This document shows positions 46,679 through 56,277 of a stretch of DNA of 64,000 bases, in pieces. The translations under genes were made by a program, and so were the position numbers. How positions within the stretch are numbered: position 1 is the stretch's first letter; every line of letters starts with the position of its first letter. The notes below the pieces were generated by a model that saw only the letters and a program-made list of their open reading frames with translations, was not told the origin of the DNA and ran no database searches. The stretch is from the NCBI GenBank assembly GCA_903789615.1, contig CAIFEV010000009.1, forward strand, positions 3,296-67,295, read 5' to 3'. The DNA comes from an uncultured Lachnospiraceae bacterium (GTDB lineage: Bacteria; Bacillota; Clostridia; Lachnospirales; Lachnospiraceae).

Positions 46679-48067
46679 ATGAGTGAGGAAGAAGAAAGAA
46701 GAGAATCAGCAGGTGAGCCGGCAAGAGAGCAGAGCGCGGAGGCGCTTACGCTTCAGTCCCTTATTGAAAAGCAGGACACGGACGGGCTGCACCGGTACTT
46801 TGACGCGAAAGAGCCGATCGATATCGCGCAGGAGGCGGAAGAGCTCTCGGATGAAGACCTGGCGAAGCTCCCGGAGATGCTCACGGATGATGAGATGGCT
46901 TCTCTCATGGAGGAGTCGGAAGACGATGAGCGGATCCGGATCGCGCACATGCTGGACAACCGCAGACTCTTGCTGGATTTCCACTACATGCAGAAGGATG
47001 ATATCGTAGATATCCTCGGGGATTTTCCGACCGGACGGCAGAAGGAAGTCATCAACCTCATGAAGACGGATGACCGGAGGATCATCACAGATCTTCTGAA
47101 ATATCCGGAGGACTCGGCCGGCGGTATCATGACGACCGGTTACCTCGTCCTGAAAGAGGAGCGGACAGTCGAGCAGGGGCTGGAGCGGATCCGGGAAGTG
47201 GGGCCGAAGACCGAGTATATCGACACGATCTATATCATTGACGCGCACCGGAAACTGGTCGGACAGATCGGACTGCGGGATCTGCTCTCTTCGCCCAGAA
47301 GCACGTTCATCCGCGAGATCATGGACCGGCATGTGATCTCCGTCACACCGGAGACCGACCAGGAGGAGGCTGCCAGACTGGTTTCCCGCTACGACCTGAA
47401 GGCACTTCCGGTCGTGAGCCGCGGTCAGATGCTTGGCATCATCACCCTCGATGATATCATCGACGTCATCGTAGATGAGGCGGACGAGGATATCCTTCAG
47501 ATGGGCGGTGTTAACAAGGAGGAATCCCTGGACACCCCGATGTGGGAGTCAGTGAAACTGCGGCTTCCGTGGCTTCTTGTCAACCTGCTGACGGCGTTCC
47601 TTGCGTCCGCGGTTGTCAAGGGATTTGAGGACACCATCTCCAGGGTTGTCGCACTCTCGGCTATCATGACCATCATCAGCGGCATGGGCGGAAACGCCGG
47701 CACGCAGACGATGTCCATCGTCGTGCGGCACCTCTCCAAGGAAGATATTGACTGGAAGACCTTCTGGCATGATCTCGGAAAGGAGATGATGGTCGGCCTG
47801 ATCGACGGAGCCGTCAACGGCGCGATCACCGGTCTGGTTGTTCTGGTCATGTACCACAACGTCTATCTCTTCCCGATCGTGCTGATGTCCATGATCGGCA
47901 ACCTGCTCATCGCGGGACTTTTCGGGCTGCTTGTGCCGGTTCTGATTCAGAAATGCCACGCAGACCCGGCGATCGCCAGCTCGATTTTCCTGACGACCGC
48001 CACGGACTGCCTCGGCTTCTTTATCTTCCTGGGGCTTGCCCAGATGTTTATGCCTCTTCTGGTGTGA
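46679..48067 (+). CDS. mgtE: Magnesium transporter MgtE
   Basis: It has an acidic N-domain, tandem CBS region and C-terminal TM domain with GMGGNAGTQ. RBS AGGAG lies 7 nt upstream. Confidence 0.9.
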   Translation: MSEEEERRESAGEPAREQSAEALTLQSLIEKQDTDGLHRYFDAKEPIDIAQEAEELSDEDLAKLPEMLTDDEMASLMEESEDDERIRIAHMLDNRRLLLDFHYMQKDDIVDILGDFPTGRQKEVINLMKTDDRRIITDLLKYPEDSAGGIMTTGYLVLKEERTVEQGLERIREVGPKTEYIDTIYIIDAHRKLVGQIGLRDLLSSPRSTFIREIMDRHVISVTPETDQEEAARLVSRYDLKALPVVSRGQMLGIITLDDIIDVIVDEADEDILQMGGVNKEESLDTPMWESVKLRLPWLLVNLLTAFLASAVVKGFEDTISRVVALSAIMTIISGMGGNAGTQTMSIVVRHLSKEDIDWKTFWHDLGKEMMVGLIDGAVNGAITGLVVLVMYHNVYLFPIVLMSMIGNLLIAGLFGLLVPVLIQKCHADPAIASSIFLTTATDCLGFFIFLGLAQMFMPLLV

Positions 48068-49154
48068 GCCAGAAATCCACGCACTCGTCCAGCCAGCCGC
48101 CGACCTCAAGTCCGATTCCAAGGCCAAACGAGTGGCCGCCCGAGCGCCCGATGCGCGTGATGTGCGGAACCTTCAGTCCGGTGAGCTTCTTGTCCAGTGC
48201 CTTCGTATTGGCAACCGGAACGACGGGGTCATCTTCATTGACCACGAGGTATGTCTTCGGATAGGTGCCGTCGATAAAGTCGAGGAGCTCGTAGGGAGCC
48301 AGAGAGGCCTCACTTACGAGCGGGCCGCCCACGCGGCGCAGGAATGCGGCGGCGCCGGCTTTGGCGGCGGACCCTTCCGGCGCGGCTTCATACGCGGCAA
48401 AGGACGCCTTGTTGCTGACGACCGTGTAGCCGAGCGCGATGAGCTCAGGTCTCTTTACATCCGCGCCGGGCCAGCGCTGCGCCCCGCCGGCCCCGTTCGG
48501 GAAGTCATCCGGTGCGCTGTTCCAGCCGAAATTCAGACTCCCGGCTTCGGACGCGATCACGGCGCCCGCCGAGAAGCCCGCCAGCATGTAACGGCCCGGA
48601 AGGACATCAAACTGCGCGGCGTTCTCGTCAATATAGCGGATCGCGCGGTACATGTCCTCCAGCGGCTTTGGCATAAGCGGCTCCTGCTTCACCCGGTAAT
48701 ACAGGACAAATGCCGGAATCCCCTTCTCATTTAACGCTGCGGCGATGGCCTCGCCCTCGATGAATCCCCACTGGCGGTTGAATCCGCCGCCCGGGATCAC
48801 CAGCGCATACGGCTTTGGTCCGGGTCCGCCGGCGCTTTTGCAGGTATTGCTGTCTTCCTTTGCCGGAAAGTACAGCAGCTTCACGCGGGCCAGATCCCAG
48901 TTTGCGAGCCGCTCTTCTTCACTGTAAATATCCCTGACCAGAGTCGCGCCGCCTTTCCCGTCGGATGCGGCCAGTTCTTCCATGCGGTGAAGGCCCGGTA
49001 CAAAGCCGACCGTGTCGAACCCGAACTCCGAAAGCTTTGCATAACAGCGGTCCGGCGTCATGTCGGTGAAAATATAGTCCGCCAGCGCGCCGTACGCGCC
49101 GGAGCGGATCAGATCTGCGATTGTCATATCTGGTTTGATTTCGGTATACTGCAT
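48048..49154 (-). CDS. Alpha/beta-hydrolase (esterase/lipase-type)
   Basis: VIPGGGF and the nucleophile elbow GFSAG are present. The start is moved to ATG at 49154 (MQYTEIK...), which follows GGGAG. The 3' end overlaps the mgtE 3' end by 20 nt in convergent orientation. Confidence 0.8.
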   Translation of the reverse strand: MQYTEIKPDMTIADLIRSGAYGALADYIFTDMTPDRCYAKLSEFGFDTVGFVPGLHRMEELAASDGKGGATLVRDIYSEEERLANWDLARVKLLYFPAKEDSNTCKSAGGPGPKPYALVIPGGGFNRQWGFIEGEAIAAALNEKGIPAFVLYYRVKQEPLMPKPLEDMYRAIRYIDENAAQFDVLPGRYMLAGFSAGAVIASEAGSLNFGWNSAPDDFPNGAGGAQRWPGADVKRPELIALGYTVVSNKASFAAYEAAPEGSAAKAGAAAFLRRVGGPLVSEASLAPYELLDFIDGTYPKTYLVVNEDDPVVPVANTKALDKKLTGLKVPHITRIGRSGGHSFGLGIGLEVGGWLDECVDFWLTPEEA

Positions 49155-49276
49155 TGTGATTCTCCCTGAAAGAACGGTTTCTTCCGCTCTCATAATACGA
49201 TGGAAACGCCTGTATTACCACATAATTTCTGCATTATCGGTTTTTATCATGGAATAAACGCAGCAGATGCAGTAAG

Positions 49277-50416
49277 ATGAAAAAAGTGAAAACGATAAAA
49301 AAACATACACAGGCCGTGAAGCGGTCTGAAAAGATTTACAGAAGAGGAGCGGCCGCAGTGTTGGCGGCAGTCTCCTGTGCCGCGCTGCTTTCCGGATGCG
49401 CAAGCGGAACCAGGACAGGCGGCAAAACGGCGGCTTCCTCACCGGAAGCCGGCGCGAAGCCCGGAAGTTCTGATACACAGACGGCACAGGCGGGACAGAA
49501 CGCAGCCGCCGCGCCGAAGGTGGTCATGCCGGCATTTACCGCGGATTTTGAACCGCCCGCTCACGGCGACCCGTCGCAGATCGCACAGACAATCGTGTAC
49601 GGCAGCGGCGGAGCGTATGATGACACGGACTTCAGCGTTCCGGACGGATATGCCTCGGAGAGGGATGACGTGACATACGGCGGGTATATCACCAGTCTGA
49701 CGTACTACTCGCAGACCGCTGGCATGGAGAAGACGTTCAATATTGTCCTTCCGGCCGGATACGACGAGAGTCAGAGCTACCCGGTTCTCTATCTGCTGCA
49801 CGGGTACGCCGGCGACCCGAACGAGTGGAACGCGGCGCGGGTGGTCTGCGGGAATCTGCAGGCGGCCGGCCAGATGCCGCCCTGCATCATCGTCCAGCCG
49901 GACCTGTGGACGAATCAGGAATCAAAGGACGGTGCCGGCTTTGTTGACTGGATCAACGCTTTTGCCGCCTTTCCGCAGGACCTGACAGAGGATCTCATGC
50001 CGTATATCGAAGCTCATTACAGCGCAGCCACAGGTAAGGAAAATACCGCGGTTCTCGGCCTTTCTATGGGAGGTGAGCAGGCGCTTGTCACAGCCTTTGA
50101 GAATCCCGGCATGTTCGGCTATGTCGGGGCTCTTGCGCCGATGATTGGCGCCCTGGATACGGGCGGTGCCGCTTCGTTTATGACATCCGCTCTGAAGGAG
50201 CTGAATATGGAAGACACGGACGACATCCCGTACTACATCATGCAGAATTACGGCACCGAGGAGCCGTGGGACAAGGAAGCGACGGACGAATACCGCAAGA
50301 GTATGACGGAAAACGGCATTCCGAACGCATTTTACATCATTGAAGGCACCGGCCATGACGGCAACACGTGGGTGCCAGGTCTTTATAATTTTGCCGGAAG
50401 AATCTTCCGGAACTGA
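49277..50416 (+). CDS. Secreted/lipoprotein esterase (putative esterase, esterase-D-like fold)
   Basis: The signal peptide has LLSGC. YLLHG and GLSMGG (GxSxG) are present. Confidence 0.8.
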   Translation: MKKVKTIKKHTQAVKRSEKIYRRGAAAVLAAVSCAALLSGCASGTRTGGKTAASSPEAGAKPGSSDTQTAQAGQNAAAAPKVVMPAFTADFEPPAHGDPSQIAQTIVYGSGGAYDDTDFSVPDGYASERDDVTYGGYITSLTYYSQTAGMEKTFNIVLPAGYDESQSYPVLYLLHGYAGDPNEWNAARVVCGNLQAAGQMPPCIIVQPDLWTNQESKDGAGFVDWINAFAAFPQDLTEDLMPYIEAHYSAATGKENTAVLGLSMGGEQALVTAFENPGMFGYVGALAPMIGALDTGGAASFMTSALKELNMEDTDDIPYYIMQNYGTEEPWDKEATDEYRKSMTENGIPNAFYIIEGTGHDGNTWVPGLYNFAGRIFRN

Positions 50417-50430
50417 AAAGGACATGACAA

Positions 50431-52149
50431 ATGGTTCAGAAAAGCACAAAAGAACGGAAATGGTGGGCACAGTTTGACTGCCTGGAGCTCGGCAGCGGAT
50501 GGGACGAGAAGGACATCCGCAAGCCGCAGATTCTGATCGAGGATGTGTATGGTGACTCGCATCCCGGCAGTACGCATCTGAACAAGCTCTCTGAGCAGGC
50601 AAAATACGGCGTCTTCGAGTCGGGCGGCTATCCGGCGCAGTATCACATCACCGACGTCTGTGACGGCTGCGCGCAGGGGCACGACGGCATGAACGTGGTT
50701 CTGGCTTCGCGCGAGGCCATCGCCAACATGGTCGAGGTTCACGCCTCGGCGGTCCCGTGGGACGGCATGATCCTGTCCTCAAGCTGTGACAAATCCATTC
50801 CGGCGCACCTCAAGGCGATCGCGCGCATGAATATCCCGGCGATCTTTATGCCGGGCGGCAGCATGCGGCCGGGGCCGGACATGACGACAAGCCTTGTGGC
50901 CGGCGATATTTCCCTGCGGGAAAAGCGCAAAGACGCGATCACACCGGACGAAATCCGGGATTACAAGCTGACGGGCTGTCCGTCCTGCGGCGCGTGTCAG
51001 TTCCTCGGCACGGCCAGCACGATGCAGTGTATCGCGGAGGCACTCGGTCTGGCACTGCCGGGAAGCGCCCTGGCGCCGGCGACAATGCAGGACATTCTCT
51101 GGTACGCCAGAAAGGCGGGCCGGCAGATCATGAAGCTGGCCGAGGCGGGCATCACGCCGGACAAGATCCTCACGCCGGCTGCATTCCGCAATGCCATTAT
51201 CGTGCACAGCGCGATCGGCGGCTCGACGAACGCCATGATTCATCTGCCCAGTATTGCCCGTGAGATCGGGTACGATCTGCCGATGGAGCTGTTCGACGAG
51301 ATCAATCACAAGGTTCCGCACATCGGCAACATGTATCCGAGCGGTCAGTATCCGACAGAGTGTTTCTGGTTCGCCGGCGGCATTCCGATGGTGGAAGAGT
51401 ACCTGAAGGATATGCTGGACCTGGACGTGATGACGGTCACGGGCAGGACGCTCGGCGAGAACCTCGAGGACATAAAGGCCGATCATTTCTACGAGAGAAA
51501 CCTCGGATTTCTGCACAACTACGGCCTGACGCGCGATCAGGTGATCGTGCCGCCGGACAAGGTGACGGAGATCGGCAGTGTTGCGGTGCTGAAAGGCAAC
51601 ATTGCGCCGGAAGGTGCGGTGATCAAGTACTCCGCCTGCCGGAAAGAGCAGCGCAGGGCCACAGGCGCTGCGCGCGTCTTTAACCGCGAGGAAGATGCCT
51701 ACGAGGCGGTTGTGAATCACAAAATCCATCCGGGCGACATCATCATCATCCGGTTCGAAGGCCCCAGAGGCAGCGGCATGCCGGAAATGCTCATGACGAC
51801 GGAGGCGATTGTGTGCGACGAGGAGCTCAACGGCACGGTGGCTCTGATCACCGACGGCCGCTTCTCCGGCGCAACGCGCGGCGCCGCCATCGGCCACGTC
51901 TCCCCGGAGGCGGCAGGCGGCGGGCCGATCGCATTTGTCGAAGAGGGCGACCTGATCACCTATGATGTGGAGGGCCGGTCTGTCAACCTGACGGGAATTC
52001 ACGGAAAGCCGGTAAGCCCGGCGGAAGCTGACGCTGAGCTCGCAAGACGCGCAAAGGCAGGCATTCCGCCGCGCCCGAAGCGCCGCGGCTTCTACAAACT
52101 GTACACGGATCATGCGCTGTCAGCCATGAAGGGCGGCGGGCTCGCGTAA
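50431..52149 (+). CDS. IlvD/Edd-family dehydratase (sugar-acid dehydratase-like)
   Basis: The blocks [27 protein letters not shown] and [12 protein letters not shown] are present. Confidence 0.88.
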   Translation: MVQKSTKERKWWAQFDCLELGSGWDEKDIRKPQILIEDVYGDSHPGSTHLNKLSEQAKYGVFESGGYPAQYHITDVCDGCAQGHDGMNVVLASREAIANMVEVHASAVPWDGMILSSSCDKSIPAHLKAIARMNIPAIFMPGGSMRPGPDMTTSLVAGDISLREKRKDAITPDEIRDYKLTGCPSCGACQFLGTASTMQCIAEALGLALPGSALAPATMQDILWYARKAGRQIMKLAEAGITPDKILTPAAFRNAIIVHSAIGGSTNAMIHLPSIAREIGYDLPMELFDEINHKVPHIGNMYPSGQYPTECFWFAGGIPMVEEYLKDMLDLDVMTVTGRTLGENLEDIKADHFYERNLGFLHNYGLTRDQVIVPPDKVTEIGSVAVLKGNIAPEGAVIKYSACRKEQRRATGAARVFNREEDAYEAVVNHKIHPGDIIIIRFEGPRGSGMPEMLMTTEAIVCDEELNGTVALITDGRFSGATRGAAIGHVSPEAAGGGPIAFVEEGDLITYDVEGRSVNLTGIHGKPVSPAEADAELARRAKAGIPPRPKRRGFYKLYTDHALSAMKGGGLA

Positions 52150-52159
52150 GGAGGGAAAC

Positions 52160-53056
52160 ATGAACGCAAACTATATCACGCCGTCTGTCACGCTTTTCAG
52201 CGATGACATGAGTCTTGACCTGGAGAGTCAGGGGCGGCTTTTCGATCATCTGATCTCGGGCGGTGTCGACGGCATTCTGGTAAATGGCAGCATCGGCGAA
52301 TTTTTCGCGATGCCGCTGGAGCAGAGAAAGCAGCTGGCAGAATTTGCCATCAAAAAGGTCGATCACCGCGTGCGGCTTTTTGTCGGGACGATGGACATGG
52401 TGTATGACAATATTGTTCCATTTTCCAATGAGGTTCTGGCGGCGGGCGCCGATGCGGTGATGATCATTTCGCCGTATTATTTCTGGTTCAAAGACGATCA
52501 GCTTTTTGACTACTACGACGGCCTGATCGGCAAAATCAACGGCCCGGTCTATCTGTACAACTTCCCGGACAGAACCGGCTACAGCCTGAGCCCGGCGCTG
52601 GTGCGGCGCCTCGCTGACAAATATCCGAATCTGCGCGGCATCAAGGACACGATCAGCGGTGTGGACCACACGCGCGATCTGGTGAAGACGGTGAAGTCCG
52701 CGCATCCGTATTTTGAGGTGTATTCCGGGTTTGACGACAACGCCGCGCACAATGTCCTGAACGGGGGCGACGGGATCATCGGCGGCCTCAGCAACATCAT
52801 CCCGGAGCTCTGCAGCAAGTGGATCGCCGCGATGCGCGCTGACGATGCGAAGGGAATCGCGGACGGTCAGAAGATGATCAACCGGATGTTTGACATTTAT
52901 TCGGTCGCGCCGGTCTTCATTCCGACGATCAAGGAGGCCGTACGCCTGCGCGGCGTCGTGAGCAGCAGCATCTGCACGAAACCGATGCCTGTCATTTCGC
53001 AGCAGCAGGACGAACAGATCCGCACGATTCTGCGCCGGGAAGGAATCGATGTCTGA
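52160..53056 (+). CDS. Dihydrodipicolinate synthase family aldolase (DapA/KDG-aldolase-like)
   Basis: 298 aa. GVDGILVNGSIGEF and YLYNFPDRTG are present, and GIKDT carries the Schiff-base Lys context. Confidence 0.85.
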   Translation: MNANYITPSVTLFSDDMSLDLESQGRLFDHLISGGVDGILVNGSIGEFFAMPLEQRKQLAEFAIKKVDHRVRLFVGTMDMVYDNIVPFSNEVLAAGADAVMIISPYYFWFKDDQLFDYYDGLIGKINGPVYLYNFPDRTGYSLSPALVRRLADKYPNLRGIKDTISGVDHTRDLVKTVKSAHPYFEVYSGFDDNAAHNVLNGGDGIIGGLSNIIPELCSKWIAAMRADDAKGIADGQKMINRMFDIYSVAPVFIPTIKEAVRLRGVVSSSICTKPMPVISQQQDEQIRTILRREGIDV

Positions 53057-53330
53057 ACCGTACTATGTGTATCTTCTGCGCTGCCACGACGGGACGCTGT
53101 ACTGCGGCAGTACGAATAATCTTGAGCACCGCGTGAAGGCGCACAACAGCGGGAAAGGCGCGAAGTACACGAAGGCGCGCCGTCCGGTGTGCCTTGTCTA
53201 TTCGGAAGAGCTGTCCTCGAAATCCGAGGCGCTGCGGCGGGAGGCGGCGGTCAAAAAGCTGACCAGACAGCAGAAACTGGCACTGATTAAAAGCGCCGGG
53301 AACCCTCGCGGAAAGGAGGAGACGGCATGA
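53049..53330 (+). CDS. GIY-YIG nuclease-family protein (UPF0213-like)
   Basis: YYVYLLRC...GTLYCGSTNNLEHRVKAHNSG is the GIY-YIG core. It overlaps its neighbours by 8 and 4 nt. Confidence 0.85.
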   Translation: MSEPYYVYLLRCHDGTLYCGSTNNLEHRVKAHNSGKGAKYTKARRPVCLVYSEELSSKSEALRREAAVKKLTRQQKLALIKSAGNPRGKEETA

Positions 53331-54046
53331 GTCTGTATGCAATCGGCGATCTGCATCTGCATTACGGGACGGACAGATTTCCGGACCTGCAGAAGACGGA
53401 TCCGGACTGGGTCGGCCACGAGGAAAAGGTGAAGAGAAACTGCGCGCGGCTCATCCGGCCGGAGGACACGCTTGTCCTTGTCGGAGACCACACGTGGGGA
53501 AGATCGGTGACGGAGCGCCGTCCGGATTTTGAATTTATTGAGGCGCTGCCCGGCAGGAAGATTCTGACGCGCGGCAACCACGACATGTTCTGGGAGGCAA
53601 AGCACACGGACGCACTGCGGCAGCGCTATAAAGAGCTGTATGACGGAGACCTGGAGTTCCTTCAGGGCTCTTTTGCGGTCTGGAAAGACTTCGCGCTGGT
53701 CGCCACCAAAGGTTACACCTATGAGGGGCTTGATACGCCGGAGCATGCGGAAAAGCTTGTGCGCCGCGAACTTGCGCGGCTTAAGGCCGGGCTTGACGAG
53801 GCGCAGGCGGCCGGGTACAAAAAAATCATCATCTTCCTGCACTATCCGCCTACCAACATCCTGGAGCGCGAGAGCGGCTTCACCCGGATGGCGGAGGCGT
53901 ACGGCGTCAGTCAGGTTGTCTACGCACACTGCCACGGCCGAGCCCGGTTTCACGACAGCATCCGCGGGATGTTTCACGGCGTGCGCTATACTCTCGTGTC
54001 CGGCGACAGCCTGAACTGGTGCCCGGAGAAAATTGTGGATGGGTGA
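53327..54046 (+). CDS. Metallophosphoesterase
   Basis: The motifs GDLHL, GDH, GNHD and HYPP are present. Confidence 0.82.
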   Translation: MSLYAIGDLHLHYGTDRFPDLQKTDPDWVGHEEKVKRNCARLIRPEDTLVLVGDHTWGRSVTERRPDFEFIEALPGRKILTRGNHDMFWEAKHTDALRQRYKELYDGDLEFLQGSFAVWKDFALVATKGYTYEGLDTPEHAEKLVRRELARLKAGLDEAQAAGYKKIIIFLHYPPTNILERESGFTRMAEAYGVSQVVYAHCHGRARFHDSIRGMFHGVRYTLVSGDSLNWCPEKIVDG

Positions 54047-54108
54047 GTTTGGTCGGGGCCGGTGTTTACTGGAAGTTACGGGTCTGCCGGGAGCGAGCTG
54101 GCCTGCCG

Positions 54109-54144
54109 TCATCGGAAAGCAAGCCAGGCGGCGATCCCGGTGCA
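54109..54144. repeat. Isolated degenerate hairpin unit of the CATCGGAA family
   Basis: TCATCGGAAA...ATCCCGGTGCA. A further half-site TCACCGGAAA lies at 54170-54179. Confidence 0.5.
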
Positions 54145-54273
54145 TAGCGGGGGTTATGGGGCAAAAATGTCACCGGAAATCATGAAACAGGCTGTTTTTG
54201 CTGCCCAGCCCAAAGTGCCCGGACCAAGTGTCCGGCCCAAGAAAGACAAGCAAAACAAGCAAGCAAAACAGGT

Positions 54274-54300
54274 AAAACCAGCAAAACCAGCAAAACCAGG
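54274..54300. repeat. Tandem 9-mer (AAAACCAGC) x3 within an A/C-rich low-complexity tract
   Basis: Read directly. On the minus strand it forms the GGTTTTGCT-repeat tail after the hairpin. Confidence 0.9.
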
Positions 54301-54340
54301 CCGCTGCTCCTCTCGGAAGTTCCAGAGAGAAGCAGCGGCC
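54299..54340. terminator. Long terminator-type hairpin (probable argG terminator; intron target structure)
   Basis: GGCCGCTGCTCCTCTC pairs with GAGAGAAGCAGCGGCC (16 bp with 1 mismatch, plus GGAA/TTCC at the apex). It is T-rich after it on the minus strand. The intron 5' end lies 10 nt downstream on the plus strand. Confidence 0.7.
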
Positions 54341-54349
54341 TGCTTTACT

Positions 54350-56258
54350 GTGCGCCCGGCGGCGCACGTTTCTAACCGGTGAAAGTCCGGAATCCGCCCG
54401 GTAGTGGGAAGGATACAGCCGAAGGCAAGGGTGTCCATCGCGAGGTGGAATCTGAAGGAAGCCGGATTCGGGGAACATACTAACCCGAGGGCAAACCTCC
54501 GGCCTGACGAACAGAAACCTCATATAAGGTTTTCGCTGAGGGTAAGACTGCAAGACAAGCCGAAGCCCGGTAACTACACGGAATCAGCGGGAATAAATGA
54601 GGCAGGCAGATGGAGGGAAAGAAACGTGTGGTACCCGGGGAGACCTGCGCGGTACGCTCTGAGAAGAGTAACCATCGCCAATAGCGGTGCTGAACACGCA
54701 GGAGTCAGCAGAGGCCATAGTAGCGGGGAACCGTGAAGGGCTGAATCAACAGGAGTTCCAAGTACGACCCGGAAAGGAGGAAGGAGCAATGGGTACAGAA
54801 AACGCCAGCAACGACGGCTGCTCACAGAGGGATAGCGCGGAACGCAAAGGGCATGTGAGAGCGCACCGCTCTTTCAACCGGATATGGAAGGAAAGGGACA
54901 GTGCAGAGCCGGACATTCTCGGAAAGGTCCTGGATAAGGATAACCTTAACCGTGCTTATAAGAGAGTGAAGGCAAATAAGGGAGCGCCCGGAATCGATGG
55001 GATGACCATAGAAGATGCGCTTCCATGGCTGAGGGAGCATCAGAATGAGCTGATCGCAAAGATACGGAGCGGACATTACACTCCGTCACCTGTGAGACGC
55101 AAAGAGATCCCAAAGCCAGACGGCGGAGTACGTAAGCCTGGTATTCCGACGGTGTTCGACCGTATCATCCAGCAGGCAATAGCACAGCAGCTGATGCCCA
55201 TCTATGAACCGTTGTTCTCAGACGGAAGCTACGGCTACCGTCCGGGAAGAAGTGCGAAGGATGCCATTCGGAAGATAAAGGAGTATGCGGAACAGGGATA
55301 CACAAGGGCAGTTGTTCTTGACCTCTCCAAATATTTTGACACGATCAACCATGTGAAACTGCTCAATCTTCTGAGACAGAACGTCAAAGACGAGAGAGTA
55401 ATCCAGCTGATCAAGCGTTATCTGAAGAGTGGAGTAATGGAAGACGGTGTTGTAGTTCCGACAGAAGAAGGTTCCCCGCAGGGCGGAAATCTTTCGCCAT
55501 TGCTCGCGAACGTCTATCTGAACGAATTTGACCAGGAATTCAGAAGACGAGGGGTGCCATGCGTCCGCTACGCAGACGACATCGTGGTGCTGGCAAGGAG
55601 TGAACGGGCATCGCAGAGACTTTTGGAATCCAGCGTGAAGTATCTTGAAGGAACCTTGAAACTGAAGGTGAATCGGGAGAAAAGCAGAACGGTCAGCGTG
55701 TTTGCAATCCGAAATTTTAAGTACCTTGGCTTCTGTTTCGGGAAAGGTAAGAACGGAGTGTATGTCCGTGTCCATGCGAAGTCATGGAAGAAGTTCAAGG
55801 ATAAACTGCGAATGCTCACTTCCCGGAGTAAATGCGGAAGCATAGTAGCGGCTATGAAGCGAATAGAGGTTTCTGCGCGCGGATGGCTGAATTACTACGG
55901 TATAGCAGACATGAAGAGCAACATCGCCGACCTGGACGGCTGGCTGTACAGACGCGTACGGATGTGTATCTGGAAACAGTGGAAACTGCCACGGACGCGC
56001 AAACGCAGGCTGATGGGGCTGGGGCTGCCCGAATGGGCAGCCTGTGAAGGCGCCTACAGCCGGAAAGCATACTGGCGAATGGCGAACACAGGTGTGGTTT
56101 AAGACAGCCTTAACAAAAGAAAGACTGATACGCTGGGGCTTTTATGATCTAGCCGCAGCATATCAGTCTGCGCACGTCAACTGTTGAAACCGCCGTGTAC
56201 CGAACGGTACGCACGGTGGTGTGAGAGGACGGCGGCTAATCACCGCCTCCTACTCGAT
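54350..56258 (+). mobile_element. Group II intron (bacterial, class C-like); 3' boundary uncertain by a few nt
   Basis: The 5' end is GTGCGCCCGG. Domain V is ACCGCCGTGTACC-GAAC-GGTACGCACGGTGGT. Domain VI is GAGGAC-GGCGG-CTAATCA-CCGCC-TCCT[A]C with a bulged A at 56252. It encloses the RT/maturase ORF. Confidence 0.85.
54789..56102 (+). CDS. Group II intron reverse transcriptase/maturase (no endonuclease domain)
   Basis: RT blocks are present (PKPDGGVRKPGIPTVFDRIIQQA, GSPQGGNLSPLLANVYL, RYADDIVVLA). The X/maturase region has RGWLNYYG. No HNH motif is present. ATG at 54789 follows GGAAAGGAGGAAGGAG. Confidence 0.9.
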   Translation: MGTENASNDGCSQRDSAERKGHVRAHRSFNRIWKERDSAEPDILGKVLDKDNLNRAYKRVKANKGAPGIDGMTIEDALPWLREHQNELIAKIRSGHYTPSPVRRKEIPKPDGGVRKPGIPTVFDRIIQQAIAQQLMPIYEPLFSDGSYGYRPGRSAKDAIRKIKEYAEQGYTRAVVLDLSKYFDTINHVKLLNLLRQNVKDERVIQLIKRYLKSGVMEDGVVVPTEEGSPQGGNLSPLLANVYLNEFDQEFRRRGVPCVRYADDIVVLARSERASQRLLESSVKYLEGTLKLKVNREKSRTVSVFAIRNFKYLGFCFGKGKNGVYVRVHAKSWKKFKDKLRMLTSRSKCGSIVAAMKRIEVSARGWLNYYGIADMKSNIADLDGWLYRRVRMCIWKQWKLPRTRKRRLMGLGLPEWAACEGAYSRKAYWRMANTGVV

Positions 56259-56277
56259 TATTTATGCAGCCGGGAGA

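Noticed and set aside
54062-54382. 106-aa ORF with a K/Q/P-rich tail upstream of the intron.
   Set aside because: It is low-complexity sequence produced by the A/C-rich tandem repeats. It runs across the terminator hairpin and into the intron 5' end and has no RBS.
54789-56102. Reverse transcriptase as part of a retron, DGR or defence-associated RT system.
   Set aside because: The ORF sits inside canonical group II intron RNA (GTGCG 5' end, domains V and VI with a bulged A) and has a maturase X domain. There are no template/variable repeat pair, msr/msd-like structure or effector gene.
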